From a virus, in IMG/VR virus record IMGVR_UViG_3300013289_000006: a DNA stretch of 64,000 nt; one strand, given 5' to 3'. The translations under genes and the position numbers were made by a program. Position 1 is the first letter of the stretch; every line of letters begins with the position of its first letter. This document shows, in pieces, positions 1-9,901 of this stretch. Below the pieces are notes generated by a model, which saw nothing but the letters and a program-made list of their open reading frames with translations, was not told where the DNA came from and did not search any database.

Positions 1-239
1 CACCGGAGAAGCTGCAAGCGTGGCTGAACGCCAACGAAGGGCATTTAACAAAACCCCCTGCCCCCCAATTCGACGCCGGGGCGGGCAGCGGTAAAGGCGG
101 CAAGGGTGGCGAGGTGAAGGTGACGGACGCAGACCGGCGCGCCGCAGAGGTGGCCAGCGCGGCTGGGTACATTGTCAAGGCGGAGGAGATCGCCAAGCGC
201 CGCGAATCGAAAACGACTATTCAGCGAGGTGACGAATAA
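1..239 (+). CDS. Head scaffold protein, C-terminal part (full copy at 42238..42978)
   Basis: Identical to 42740..42978. Confidence 0.8.
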   Translation, partial: PEKLQAWLNANEGHLTKPPAPQFDAGAGSGKGGKGGEVKVTDADRRAAEVASAAGYIVKAEEIAKRRESKTTIQRGDE

Positions 240-643
240 TGGCAGGATTTCGATGGGTTGGTTCCATAGACGGGAGCCAGCCGATTATCAAGGACATCGT
301 CGTGCAGGCATCGGAAGTGTTGAGCAGCGGCGAGATGGTCAATCTGGAGTCGGGCGAGGCCGATGGCGGCGCGACCAACGACAGCGCGTTTTTGGGCATT
401 GCGACCCACGACGTGGACAACACGGTTGATGGTCACGTGGTGAGCGTGATTTGCAACCCCGGCGCGATCTACGAAGTGTATGACCCGAATGTGCGCACGA
501 TTGGCGATCTGCTCGATCTGGCGACGGGCGGGATGGGCTTGGCCGCGGCCAGCAACAACGACTTCCGCGTTTGGAAGAGCAGCGCGGCTGACGAACCGAC
601 GCAGGTCATTTTTAACGGTAACCACGCATTCGGCTGGGCGTAA
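239..643 (+). CDS. Putative capsid decoration/cement protein
   Basis: 134 aa, between scaffold and major capsid, GEMV...FLGIA pattern typical of cement proteins; TAATG coupling to scaffold. Confidence 0.55.
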   Translation: MAGFRWVGSIDGSQPIIKDIVVQASEVLSSGEMVNLESGEADGGATNDSAFLGIATHDVDNTVDGHVVSVICNPGAIYEVYDPNVRTIGDLLDLATGGMGLAAASNNDFRVWKSSAADEPTQVIFNGNHAFGWA

Positions 644-675
644 GCCGTAGCGCAGCAAACAAGAGGCACAAGACG

Positions 676-1668
676 ATGAACAAGTTACTGAATACGCTTA
701 CGCGCCGCGCAGCTCGCCCCCGCCACGCCGAAGCTCAGGTTGACCTGAGCCAGCGCCGCGCGTGGCATGTGGAGACTGCACGGGCATTCGAAAACCTGAC
801 CGACATTGACCCGGTGCTGACTGAAATTTTCTTTCAGAACTACCGGCAGATCAGCCCGTCACTGCTGGGGCCGGTGTACGGTGTACGCCGCAGCAGCAAG
901 TCGAAGGAAACCACAGCGCGAGTGGGGAGCTTCGGCGACCCGAAGCCGTGGGATGGTCAGGTGCATTATGACGCCGCTGATCCGGATTACCAGATCGAGT
1001 GGACGCACACGACTTTGACCAATGGGTTCAAGGTGCAGAAGGAGCTGCTGGAGGATATGCAGTATCAAGGCATCTTCGACAGCGCCAGCAACCTCGGACA
1101 GTCGTTCAACCGCAAGGTGGTGAAGGACGAGGCGAGTGTGTTCAACAACGCCTTCAGCTCCAGCTACCTCGGCTATGACGGCGTGGCACTGTGCAGCGAT
1201 TCGCACCCGCGCAGCAAGAGCGACGCGCAGCTAGTTGACAACTACCTCGGCACCAAGGCGCTGAACGAGGCGAACCTTGAAGAGGCGGTGGTGCAGCTCG
1301 AAGGCTTGGGCGACGACCGCGGCGAGCAGACGGTGGCGATGGCGACTCACCTCGTGGTGGGGCGGCAGCTCCGCATGACGGCGCTGAAGCTGACCGGCAG
1401 CCCGCAGGAACCGGAAACCGGCAACAACGCCATCAATACGCACACCGGGATCGTGCCGGTCATTCACCCGTTGATCACGGGCAAGAAGTGGTTTGTGATC
1501 GACGCGGGCATGTCGGTGAAGTCGCTGCTGTGGTTCTGGCGCTTGAACGCGGAATTCGGCGTGGCGGACGACTTGGGCGGAACGCTGGTGCGCAGCTTCT
1601 ATGCCCGTATGCGTTACAGCTTCGGCTGGCAGGACTTCCGCTGGGTGGTTGGCAGCAACCCCAGCTAA
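676..1668 (+). CDS. Major capsid protein (Mu gpT-like, HK97 fold)
   Basis: 330 aa; GYDGVALCSDSHP and YARMRYSFGWQDFR resemble Mu-like major head subunits; follows scaffold; hairpin downstream. Confidence 0.88.
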   Translation: MNKLLNTLTRRAARPRHAEAQVDLSQRRAWHVETARAFENLTDIDPVLTEIFFQNYRQISPSLLGPVYGVRRSSKSKETTARVGSFGDPKPWDGQVHYDAADPDYQIEWTHTTLTNGFKVQKELLEDMQYQGIFDSASNLGQSFNRKVVKDEASVFNNAFSSSYLGYDGVALCSDSHPRSKSDAQLVDNYLGTKALNEANLEEAVVQLEGLGDDRGEQTVAMATHLVVGRQLRMTALKLTGSPQEPETGNNAINTHTGIVPVIHPLITGKKWFVIDAGMSVKSLLWFWRLNAEFGVADDLGGTLVRSFYARMRYSFGWQDFRWVVGSNPS

Positions 1669-1699
1669 TCGCTTCTGATAAGTTCCATTCTATAGACTG

Positions 1700-1728
1700 A
1701 ACGACCCTGTTTCGGCGGGGTCGTTTGA
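1700..1728 (+). terminator. Stem-loop after major capsid gene
   Basis: AACGACCCTGT-TTCG-GCGGGGTCGTT with a short T tail. Confidence 0.65.
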
Positions 1729-1745
1729 TATGAGCGAGGTGAAAA

Positions 1746-2654
1746 ATGCTTACGAATTTTCCGAATGGGATCAGCAGCTTCGGCGTCCCCGTGATCGGCG
1801 GCGGTTCGTTGATTCCACCGACAACCGGCAAGTATGTCTTCGTCCACAGCGGGACGGGGAGCAACAACAACGAAGGCGACAGCCCCAGCGCGCCGATGGC
1901 GACGATTGACGGGGCGGTGGGCAAGTGTACGGCGAACGCGGGCGACATCATCATCGTCATGCCGGGACACGCGGAGAACATCAGCGCGGCGACCTCGCTG
2001 GTGGTGGATGTGGCGGGCGTGCAGATCATCGGGCTGGGGCACGGGCGCAACCGTCCGGTGCTGACCTACACGGCGACGGCGGGCACGATTGAGATGGACG
2101 CGGCCAACACGCGCCTTTCGAACGTGGTGCTGCGGGCGAGCGTGAGCGCGGTGGTGGTGGGCATCAATGTGGACGCGGACGGTGTGACGCTGGACAGCCT
2201 CGAATTCACGTTCGACGAAACCGGCGACGACTTCGTGACGATGGTCGATATTGACGCGGTGAACTTGGCGACGGTGCAGGGCTGCTACTTCCGCGCGGAG
2301 GAAACGGCGGGGGCAGCGGAGGCGATCCGGCTGGACGACTGCGACTATGTGCGCATCGTGGGCAACCAGTTCACGGGCATCTGGAGCGACGCGCCGATCA
2401 TCGGTGAGGGCGCGGTGGGGGTGAGCCTGCTGATCGCGGATAACGTTATCTACAACGGCGACACCACCGACCAGAACGGGATTGACCTGAACGTGGCCTT
2501 CACGGGATTGATCACCAACAACCGGATCGGGACGCTGTACGCGACGGGAATCGCGGGACTGCTCGACCCCGGATCGTGCCTGTGCAGCCAGAACTACGCG
2601 ACCAACGCCATCGACGAAACCGGCGCGCTGGTTCCAGTGACGGCCTCGACCTAA
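1746..2654 (+). CDS. Right-handed beta-helix (pectin lyase-like) virion protein, possible head fibre
   Basis: VFVHSGTGSNNNEGDSPSAPMATI...GDIIIVMPG N-terminal motif and repeated I-x-x-N beta-helix rungs. Confidence 0.7.
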   Translation: MLTNFPNGISSFGVPVIGGGSLIPPTTGKYVFVHSGTGSNNNEGDSPSAPMATIDGAVGKCTANAGDIIIVMPGHAENISAATSLVVDVAGVQIIGLGHGRNRPVLTYTATAGTIEMDAANTRLSNVVLRASVSAVVVGINVDADGVTLDSLEFTFDETGDDFVTMVDIDAVNLATVQGCYFRAEETAGAAEAIRLDDCDYVRIVGNQFTGIWSDAPIIGEGAVGVSLLIADNVIYNGDTTDQNGIDLNVAFTGLITNNRIGTLYATGIAGLLDPGSCLCSQNYATNAIDETGALVPVTAST

Positions 2655-2661
2655 TCCATAC

Positions 2662-2693
2662 CTGCCCTTCCACGCGGAGGGCAGCGATTTTTT
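2662..2693 (+). terminator. Intrinsic terminator
   Basis: CTGCCCTTCC-ACGC-GGAGGGCAG then T run. Confidence 0.6.
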
Positions 2694-2710
2694 ACAGAGA
2701 GTGAGGGACT

Positions 2711-3094
2711 ATGGCAATCCATCGCGAAGTGATCACGGCAAGCGGGGCGGCGGGTGGCGCGGGGGCGGCGACGGCGACGGCGGTATCGTCGCGACCCATC
2801 GATGGGCGAATCATGGCGGTGCATGTGGCGTATCTGGAGAGTCCGCCGGGGGCGACGACGGACGTGACGATACAAGAGGCGAACAACAGCCCGGCCATGC
2901 CGATCTTGACGATCGCGAACGCGGCGACGGACGCATGGTTTTACCCGATGGCACAGGCGGACAACCAAGCAGGGGCGGACATCACCGGCATGGGCGCGCC
3001 CATCGCCGTGAATGATTATGTACGGGCGACCATCGCGCAAGCCAACGACGGCGACGGCGTGACGGTGACGATTGTGTGGGACGACGGGCGATGA
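2711..3094 (+). CDS. Hypothetical virion protein
   Basis: 127 aa, GAGGGA RBS, beta-rich, in the structural operon. Confidence 0.7.
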   Translation: MAIHREVITASGAAGGAGAATATAVSSRPIDGRIMAVHVAYLESPPGATTDVTIQEANNSPAMPILTIANAATDAWFYPMAQADNQAGADITGMGAPIAVNDYVRATIAQANDGDGVTVTIVWDDGR

Positions 3095-3459
3095 CGTTTA
3101 CCTACGACCTCGAAGATCCGGATGACATCGCGCGGGTGCGGCGGCACTTGGGCGACACGGACGAGCAGACGGCCATCTTCAGCGACGAGCAAATTCAGTT
3201 CGCGATTGATGAGGACGGCGGGGTGCAGGACGCGGTGATCGCGCTGATTGATGAGGTGATCGCCAAGTTGAGCCACGAGCCGGACATGACGGCGGACTGG
3301 CTGACGGTGAGCTGGCGGCGGAGCGCGGACGACTGGCTGAAGCTGCGGGCCAAGAAAGAGCAGCAGTTCGGGCGGGGGGCGGTGTTCAGCGGCGGCGGGC
3401 GACATGCGTACCGGCCTGACAGCGGGCAAAAAGAGACGCCGGATTACGGTGAAGAATAG
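3091..3459 (+). CDS. Putative head-tail adaptor
   Basis: ATGA overlap; MTFTY...VRRHLGDTD...IFSDEQI is typical of adaptor proteins. Confidence 0.7.
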   Translation: MTFTYDLEDPDDIARVRRHLGDTDEQTAIFSDEQIQFAIDEDGGVQDAVIALIDEVIAKLSHEPDMTADWLTVSWRRSADDWLKLRAKKEQQFGRGAVFSGGGRHAYRPDSGQKETPDYGEE

Positions 3460-3484
3460 GGCTTATCGGAAGCGATGGTGAGGC

Positions 3485-3964
3485 ATGGCATGGTTTATCG
3501 TCCCGTACCGGCTGCGGCAGCGTGGTGAGCGCACCATACGATACTGCGCGATGGATGACTACACCCGTGCCATCCAAGCGGAGAAAGGCGCGTGGGACGA
3601 GATCGAGATCGTCGGCAACATGGCGCTGGTGAAGGTGGACGCGCCCACGCCGGTGCTCAACCAGATCCGGCGCGATCCGGACTTCTTCGAGATCGTGAAC
3701 AACCTGCAAGACGCAGACCGGGACACGCTCAACGGCATCCGTGAGAAGATGCAATCCCTCGGCTACAGCGAAAAAGAAATCCAGACGACGCTGGGCGATG
3801 ACCTGTCAGTGGTGACGCAGAAGCAGGTGGTCGAATTTTTCGCGCAACGATCCCAGCTTGGGTATTACGACGCGGCGCGGGGTGAGGTGGTGCTAGAGGA
3901 GCAAAAGGCAGCGACCAAGCCGGTTGACGAGGTTGAGAAGATCATCCGGGAGGCCAAGCGATGA
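3485..3964 (+). CDS. Hypothetical protein
   Basis: 159 aa ORF with GAGG RBS, coupled to the next gene. Confidence 0.7.
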   Translation: MAWFIVPYRLRQRGERTIRYCAMDDYTRAIQAEKGAWDEIEIVGNMALVKVDAPTPVLNQIRRDPDFFEIVNNLQDADRDTLNGIREKMQSLGYSEKEIQTTLGDDLSVVTQKQVVEFFAQRSQLGYYDAARGEVVLEEQKAATKPVDEVEKIIREAKR

Positions 3965-6432
3965 CACCTACCGCTGGCCTAATCGACCAATTTAACCGGG
4001 CAAATGACAGCGTCCTCGGCACGGGCTGGACAGAGGGGGACATCCTCGGCATCAGCGGCATCACGCTACAGGTCAACAGTAATCAGGCCAACAATGGCAG
4101 CGGGGCGACGAGCATTGCCCGCCGCAGCACGACCTATGGCCCGGACAGCGAATTTTACATGGACATCCCGACCCTGCCCGGCAACGGCGAGTGGATCGGG
4201 TTTTTCGTGCGCTGCACCCCCACGACCAACACCAATGGTTACGTCGTCGAAATTTACAACGACGGCGGCAGTCAAGATATTTACATCTTTCGTGTTACAT
4301 CCAACAGCAACACGCAGCTTGGCGCGGCGCTGACCAACGCGGCACAAGCCGGCGACTCGTTGATGATCCAAGCGGTGGGCAGTTCCATTAATATCGAGCG
4401 CCAGCGCAGCGGCACATGGTCGGTCATCGCCACCCGTACCGACAGCACCTACAACAGCGCCGGTTACATCGGCTTTTATGGCAACGGCACCACCTTCCGT
4501 CTCGACAACGCGGGCGGCGGGGATTACATCGCGCCCAGCGGCGGGACGGAATACACGCAGTCGGTGAGCGGGACGGTGACGGGCGGCGGGGCGGTGATCA
4601 AGCGGACGAATAAGGTGACGGCGGGCACGACGAGCGCGACGGGCGCGCTGGTGAAGCGGTTGGCGCGGACGCTGGGCGGGAGCGTGAGCTGGGTGGGCAG
4701 CTTGAGCAGCGCGCTCAATTTGATCGCCCAATACGCGCTGGAATTTTACGGCGACGACGGTGGCCAGAACTACAACAGCATGTCGATCCTGCTGGAGGAC
4801 GGCGTAGACCCCTACCCGATCAACATGCCAGCCAACCAGACGATTGAGATGAAGTTCCGGGCGCTGGCGGCGGATAACACGGCGACGGCGGCGGACGCTC
4901 GCTATTCACACCCGCTGACGGACTGGGATAGCTGGGACGACACATGGGGGCGGGTGCTGGGACTGTCGCGATCCGGGGCGAATCTGGTGCTGTGCTTCGG
5001 CGTGGCGGGGGTGAGCGGGACGTGGGCGACGATCTACGGGACGACGAACGTGGGGGACGGCGAGTGGCACGATGTGGCACTGACGTACAACCGGACGACG
5101 GGCGCGGTGGTGATCTGGCTGGACGGGGTGCAGGAGGCGAGCGGGACGTTCGACGCGCAGGACTGGGATTATCCGGCGGGGTATGTGAACCCGGACGGGA
5201 GCTATAACAACCGCGCGGTGTTCATGAGGGAGAAGCACGGGGTGGGCGAGCTGACGGTGGGCGCGCTGGACGAGATCCGCTTCAGCAACATTATCCGCTA
5301 CACGAGCAGTTATACACCGGCGGCGCGATTTGACATCGACGCGAACACGACGGGGCTGTACCACTTGGACGAGGGCAGCGGCACGACTTCGGTGGACGCG
5401 ACGGGCAACAACCCGGACGCGGTGCTGCATGTGGGCGGCACACCGGAGGGGCCGGTTTGGATCAGCACGGCGACGGTGTTCACGCAGGTGCTGACGGCGA
5501 CGGTGAGCGCGGCGGGAGCGGTGGCCAAGCAGACGCAGCGCGCGATCGCAGCGACGACGAGCGGGGCGGGCGCGCTGGTGAAGCAAGTGGCGCGGGCGCT
5601 GGGCGGGAGCATGAGCGGCGCGGGACTGCTGACGAACGTGCGGGTGTATGTGCTGGCGCTGGCGGGGAGCGTGACGGGGGCGGGCGCGCTGGCACGAGAG
5701 ACGAGAAAGATGTTTATCGGAAGCAGTTCGGCGGCGGGGACGCTGGCCAGAGCGACGGCGCGGACGATCAGCGGGACGGTCACATCCGGCGGAGCGGTGG
5801 TCAAGCAGGCGCAGCGGGCGGTGAGCGGAACGGTCACATCCAGCGGGGCGGTGATCAAGCAGACGCAGCGCACGATGGCAGCAGCGGCGAGCGCTGCGGG
5901 CGCGCTGGTGAAGCAAGCGGCGCGGACGCTTGGTGGGAGCTTGACAGGCGCGGGACTGCTGGACGCTTCGTTGAACGCGGGCGCTTTTTTCGTCGAACTG
6001 ATGGGCGGTGTGACAGGCACAGGCGCATTAGGGCGGCAGACGCAGCGGACGATTGATGGGACGGCGAGCGGCGCGGGTGCGGTGAGCAGGCAGATCGGGC
6101 GGGGGCTGGCGGGGAGCATGACGGGCGCGGGCGCGTTAAGCGCGTCCCGACTGTATACCGTAATCGTAGCAGGCGCGGCCAGCGCGGCGGGGACGCTGAC
6201 GCGGCAGACGAATAAGGCGCTGGCGGGGGTGATGAGCGGCGCGGGGACGATCAACCGGCAAGTGCGGCGGCTGCTGGCGGGGGCGAGCAGCCTGATCGGG
6301 GCGCTGGTGACGACGTTCGGCGGGGCGATCCAGCCGGGCAAGGCGAACGTGAGCGACCGGGCGACGGGAACGACGACGACACGTGACGCGGCACTCTATC
6401 AAGCGAGTGCTCATGACAGCATGGAGGAATAG
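3961..6432 (+). CDS. Modular fibre/adhesin: N-terminal lectin-like domain, LamG/concanavalin-like domain, ~19-aa repeats
   Basis: GDGEWHDVALTY...IWLDG...GALDEIRFSN...GLYHLDEGSG LamG signature; repeats such as QTQRAIAATTSGAGALVK. Confidence 0.75.
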   Translation: MTPTAGLIDQFNRANDSVLGTGWTEGDILGISGITLQVNSNQANNGSGATSIARRSTTYGPDSEFYMDIPTLPGNGEWIGFFVRCTPTTNTNGYVVEIYNDGGSQDIYIFRVTSNSNTQLGAALTNAAQAGDSLMIQAVGSSINIERQRSGTWSVIATRTDSTYNSAGYIGFYGNGTTFRLDNAGGGDYIAPSGGTEYTQSVSGTVTGGGAVIKRTNKVTAGTTSATGALVKRLARTLGGSVSWVGSLSSALNLIAQYALEFYGDDGGQNYNSMSILLEDGVDPYPINMPANQTIEMKFRALAADNTATAADARYSHPLTDWDSWDDTWGRVLGLSRSGANLVLCFGVAGVSGTWATIYGTTNVGDGEWHDVALTYNRTTGAVVIWLDGVQEASGTFDAQDWDYPAGYVNPDGSYNNRAVFMREKHGVGELTVGALDEIRFSNIIRYTSSYTPAARFDIDANTTGLYHLDEGSGTTSVDATGNNPDAVLHVGGTPEGPVWISTATVFTQVLTATVSAAGAVAKQTQRAIAATTSGAGALVKQVARALGGSMSGAGLLTNVRVYVLALAGSVTGAGALARETRKMFIGSSSAAGTLARATARTISGTVTSGGAVVKQAQRAVSGTVTSSGAVIKQTQRTMAAAASAAGALVKQAARTLGGSLTGAGLLDASLNAGAFFVELMGGVTGTGALGRQTQRTIDGTASGAGAVSRQIGRGLAGSMTGAGALSASRLYTVIVAGAASAAGTLTRQTNKALAGVMSGAGTINRQVRRLLAGASSLIGALVTTFGGAIQPGKANVSDRATGTTTTRDAALYQASAHDSMEE

Positions 6433-6435
6433 ATT

Positions 6436-7170
6436 ATGACGAGCGGATCACTGGGTGGTCAGGCCGGAGCCGGTGGCCAGTTGGACATTAAGGTTATCCG
6501 GGGCAAGGGCAGCGCGAAGAAGCGGCTGATGGTGTGGCTGCTGTCGCTGGTGTTGGTCCAGCACCTGCTGGGGCTATGGGAGCGGCGGGCGATCCTGCGC
6601 GAGCAGATCGGCTACCGGCTGAAGAATCAACTGCGCTGGCGCTTCATGGTGGCGGCATTCTGGTACCGGATGGCGTTCGTGTTCGGCAAGGTGACGCCGT
6701 TCACGGTGCTGGTGAGCGAGCTGCGCGGGGAGCTGATCCGCAAAGACGGGACGCGGATTGATCTGGGCGTGCTGTGCTACCGCAATATCACCAACGTCTT
6801 TTTAGGGATGGTGGTGGACGATCTGGACAACGGCGCGGCGGACATCAGCGCGTTTAACTTCCACGGTGTGGGGACGGGGACGACAGCAGAGGCGGCCAGC
6901 CAGACGGCGCTGGTGACCGAATCGACGACGATCCTGACGACCAACAGTGTGCGGGCGACAGGGACACGCAGCCAGCCGACAGCGGTGCAGTACCGAACCG
7001 TGGGCACACCGGCCTTCGATGGCAGCGGGGCGATCACCGAACACGCCGTCTTCGACGATGTGGATGTAGCGCAGGGCAATATGATGGATCGCAGTTTGTT
7101 CAGCGCGATCAACGTGGTGGACGGCGACAGCATCCAGTTTACCTACACGCTGACGCTGGCGGGTGACTGA
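6436..7170 (+). CDS. Virion structural protein with hydrophobic/basic N-terminal extension
   Basis: C-terminal GVGTGTTAEAASQTALVTE...GDSIQFTYTLT resembles fibre-anchor domains. Confidence 0.6.
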   Translation: MTSGSLGGQAGAGGQLDIKVIRGKGSAKKRLMVWLLSLVLVQHLLGLWERRAILREQIGYRLKNQLRWRFMVAAFWYRMAFVFGKVTPFTVLVSELRGELIRKDGTRIDLGVLCYRNITNVFLGMVVDDLDNGAADISAFNFHGVGTGTTAEAASQTALVTESTTILTTNSVRATGTRSQPTAVQYRTVGTPAFDGSGAITEHAVFDDVDVAQGNMMDRSLFSAINVVDGDSIQFTYTLTLAGD

Positions 7171-7472
7171 TGGCTGAGTATCCGGTGGGCGCGCTGGTGC
7201 GGGTGGAGGCGAGCTTCGCAACGAGCGGGGGCGTGCCGGCTGATCCCACAGGGGTGACGCTGCGCTACCGGGTGGGCAGCGGAGCGGCGGTAGTGCTGGT
7301 GTATGGGACGGACGCGGCAGTGATCCGGGACAGCACGGGCAAGTATTACGTCGATCTGACGCTGACGAGCGCGATGGTAGGTAAGCTGGTCAAGTACCGG
7401 TGGGAGGCGACGGGGGCGGTGCAGGCGGCGAGCGAGAGCGAATTCCGCGTGGCCCCCAGCGCGTTTTATTAA
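7170..7472 (+). CDS. Hypothetical beta-sandwich virion protein
   Basis: 100 aa, TGATG coupling, STGKYYVDL motif. Confidence 0.65.
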   Translation: MAEYPVGALVRVEASFATSGGVPADPTGVTLRYRVGSGAAVVLVYGTDAAVIRDSTGKYYVDLTLTSAMVGKLVKYRWEATGAVQAASESEFRVAPSAFY

Positions 7473-7539
7473 GACACGAGAAGGCGCGTTATCGGAAGCG
7501 ATGGCGCGATAGGCTGGACGGTGATGGGCGGAGGGTGTG

Positions 7540-7920
7540 ATGGCGTTGTTGAGTGACCGGACAATCGCGATGGTGCGGCGGAACGTGAGCGCGATGCTGA
7601 CGGAAAGGTGCACCATTGAACGCGAGAGCGGGGCGACCGATGACATGGGCGCGCCGCTGCATGATTGGACGGTGGTTGCGAGCGATGTACCGTGTCGGGT
7701 GATCCGCGCGGGGCAGCGCAACAACAATTCAACCGAGATCATCGGCAGCCAAGAGGCATTGGTCGAAATGTACCGCTTGATCTGCCCGGTTGCGACTCCT
7801 TTCAAGACGGACGACCGGGTGAGGATGGCGGACGGGACGGTTTATCAAGTGGTCGCGCTGGATGACCGTTTAACGGATCAGGCATTTGTGGCTGCGATCA
7901 TCATGCGGGGGCGGGAGTAA
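7540..7920 (+). CDS. Putative head closure/head-tail joining protein
   Basis: CTIER...DDMG...VPCRV...DDRV...YQVV pattern; synteny. Confidence 0.7.
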   Translation: MALLSDRTIAMVRRNVSAMLTERCTIERESGATDDMGAPLHDWTVVASDVPCRVIRAGQRNNNSTEIIGSQEALVEMYRLICPVATPFKTDDRVRMADGTVYQVVALDDRLTDQAFVAAIIMRGRE

Positions 7921-7953
7921 TCCCTCCCCTACCCTCTGATAGCGAGGTGAGCG

Positions 7954-8373
7954 ATGGCGAATGTCAATTGGAGCAAGGTGGACGTGACGGGGATTGATCG
8001 GCTGCTGGCACGGACGCCGGATAAGGTCGAGGAATTCCTTGACTGGATGGCGGAGTCGATGGTGACGGACATCACGCTGAGCTTCAACACATCACCCCCC
8101 GGCGAAGCCTATACGCGCGGCGGCGTGACGCATGTGGCCAGCCAGCCGGGATACCCACCGAACATCGATATTGGTGACCTGAAGTCTTCGATCACATGGG
8201 AAAAGACAGCACCATTGGAGCGGACGATCAGCGACGGCGTGGAGTACGGAATCATGTTGGAGGATGGGACAGCCGATATGGAACCGCGTCCGTTCATCCA
8301 ACCGGCATTCGACGAGGCGGCCAAGCGATTCGGTGAGGACGCAAAGCGCATCCTCAATCTGGAGCAGGCATGA
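7954..8373 (+). CDS. HK97 gp10-like tail completion protein
   Basis: ASQPGYPPNIDIGDLKSSI...YGIMLEDGT..MEPRPFIQPA signature. Confidence 0.85.
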   Translation: MANVNWSKVDVTGIDRLLARTPDKVEEFLDWMAESMVTDITLSFNTSPPGEAYTRGGVTHVASQPGYPPNIDIGDLKSSITWEKTAPLERTISDGVEYGIMLEDGTADMEPRPFIQPAFDEAAKRFGEDAKRILNLEQA

Positions 8374-8804
8374 GCAGCGCCAGAGAAGCCGCATTCAAGG
8401 TGCTGTTCGCGCATCTGGTACACGCCTCGCCGCTGTGGGAGGGGCGGGTGCAGCCGCAAGCGGTGGCGAGCAGCGGGCTGCAAAGGCCGTATGTGCTGTT
8501 CTTCATGGCCAGCGGCGGACGCGCCCCCAGTGTGCCAAGCCGACACAAGGCGACGGTGGTGGTGTCGGTGAAGGGTGTGGCGAACGAGATGGCGACGGCG
8601 CTGGCGATTGAGGCGGAGATCACAGCGCTCTTGCACAACAGCGGGACGCAGGACATTGACCCGCGGCTGCCGAGCCATCCGGAGTGGGAGATTTTGACGG
8701 TGAGCGAAGATCGAGCAATCGATTTACACGAAAAATTTGCAGGTGCCCAAGATATTTATCACGCCGGGCACCAATACAGATTGTTGATGGAGCGGAGGGC
8801 ATAA
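8370..8804 (+). CDS. Putative tail terminator
   Basis: GRVQP...PYVLF pattern; lies directly before the tail tube gene. Confidence 0.7.
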   Translation: MSSAREAAFKVLFAHLVHASPLWEGRVQPQAVASSGLQRPYVLFFMASGGRAPSVPSRHKATVVVSVKGVANEMATALAIEAEITALLHNSGTQDIDPRLPSHPEWEILTVSEDRAIDLHEKFAGAQDIYHAGHQYRLLMERRA

Positions 8805-9226
8805 TGGCTGAGTACAGTGGTAATGATGTTTATCTGCGGATGAACGCCGTCAATATCGAAACCTATTGGCGCGAGATGACGATGGACTTCGAAAGCGGCG
8901 AAGAAGATACATCCGCCGGGGCGGGAATCGATTGGTCGAAGTCGGCGGCGAAGCTGTCGAAGGTCAAGGCGAAGATTTCGATCATCCATGATGATGTGGT
9001 GGCGGCGGCGACGATGGCGGCGCTGTGGGAAGAGAACATGATCGTGGTGGTGGACTACGGGCCGGAAGGCAATGCGGCGGGGAAACCCCGGCACACGCAG
9101 AGCTTCAAGATCAACAGCATCAGCGGGCCGACGACCAAGCACGATAAGGCGCTGGTGATGTACGAATTCGATATGGTGAGCACGGGCGTGCCAACCGCTA
9201 ATCTGTACGCGGGCGCGACGTTCTAG
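8804..9226 (+). CDS. Major tail (tube) protein
   Basis: 140 aa from ATG 8804 (TAATG overlap), YGPEGNAAGKP motif, synteny. Confidence 0.7.
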   Translation: MAEYSGNDVYLRMNAVNIETYWREMTMDFESGEEDTSAGAGIDWSKSAAKLSKVKAKISIIHDDVVAAATMAALWEENMIVVVDYGPEGNAAGKPRHTQSFKINSISGPTTKHDKALVMYEFDMVSTGVPTANLYAGATF

Positions 9227-9284
9227 CATATCCCAAGATATATCGGTAATGTGCGCGTGAAGCGCACTTTTCAAATTCAGGAGT

Positions 9285-9692
9285 GTGAGGACGATGGGGA
9301 CGAACGGGGAAAAGCAGGAGCGCCCGGTGTTTGACTTCAGCCGGGTGAGCAAGCAGTGGAACAAAGAGTTCGGGTTGAGCGCCAGCCGGGCGAGCCGGGC
9401 GCAGAACACGCTGGGGCGACCCTACCCGGCGAACGGAGACGCGGCGGCGATTGAGGCGTACTTCGCGGCGCAGGAGGCGGCGTTCACGGTGATCGAGGAG
9501 ACGGGGGATGTGCAGGCGGGGCTGCTGGCGCAGGTGCTGGATTCAGTGCCGCGATCGTGGCTGCTGGCGAACGCTCCGGAGGAGATCGACTGGCATGATC
9601 CGCAGAGTTTGAATTACATCCAGAGTCACCGGTATATGGAACTGCTGGAGATGCTGCAAAACGGCGAGGCGCGGCGCAACTCAAAAAACTAG
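9285..9692 (+). CDS. Tail assembly chaperone (G)
   Basis: Between tail tube and tape measure; ends in slippery A AAA AAC TAG. Confidence 0.8.
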   Translation: MRTMGTNGEKQERPVFDFSRVSKQWNKEFGLSASRASRAQNTLGRPYPANGDAAAIEAYFAAQEAAFTVIEETGDVQAGLLAQVLDSVPRSWLLANAPEEIDWHDPQSLNYIQSHRYMELLEMLQNGEARRNSKN

Positions 9693-9898
9693 CAGAGGAC
9701 TACGAGTGGGCGGCCAGAGCACCGGGGCTGCTGCGGTTCTACCCGGACGAGATCGAGCGGATTGAGGACGCGGAGCTGATCTTGCGGGGGGTAGCGCCAA
9801 GTGAGATCGCTCGGATGTCCTTGCAACAACGACATGACGTGCTGGAGATCGCGGCGGTGCGGGACGCGCTGAAGTACGGCAAAGCGAAGAAGAAGTAA
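9686..9898 (+). CDS. -1 frameshift extension of the tail chaperone (T part of G-T)
   Basis: Open -1 frame KLAEDYEWAARAPGLLRFYPDEIERIEDAELILRG...KAKKK* begins at the slippery site 9683..9689 and has no own start. Confidence 0.8.
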   Translation, partial: KLAEDYEWAARAPGLLRFYPDEIERIEDAELILRGVAPSEIARMSLQQRHDVLEIAAVRDALKYGKAKKK

Positions 9899-9901
9899 GT
9901 G

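Noticed and set aside
5500..6320. CRISPR array or DGR template/variable repeats
   Set aside because: Degenerate in-frame protein repeats; no constant repeat-spacer pattern, no cas or reverse transcriptase gene seen
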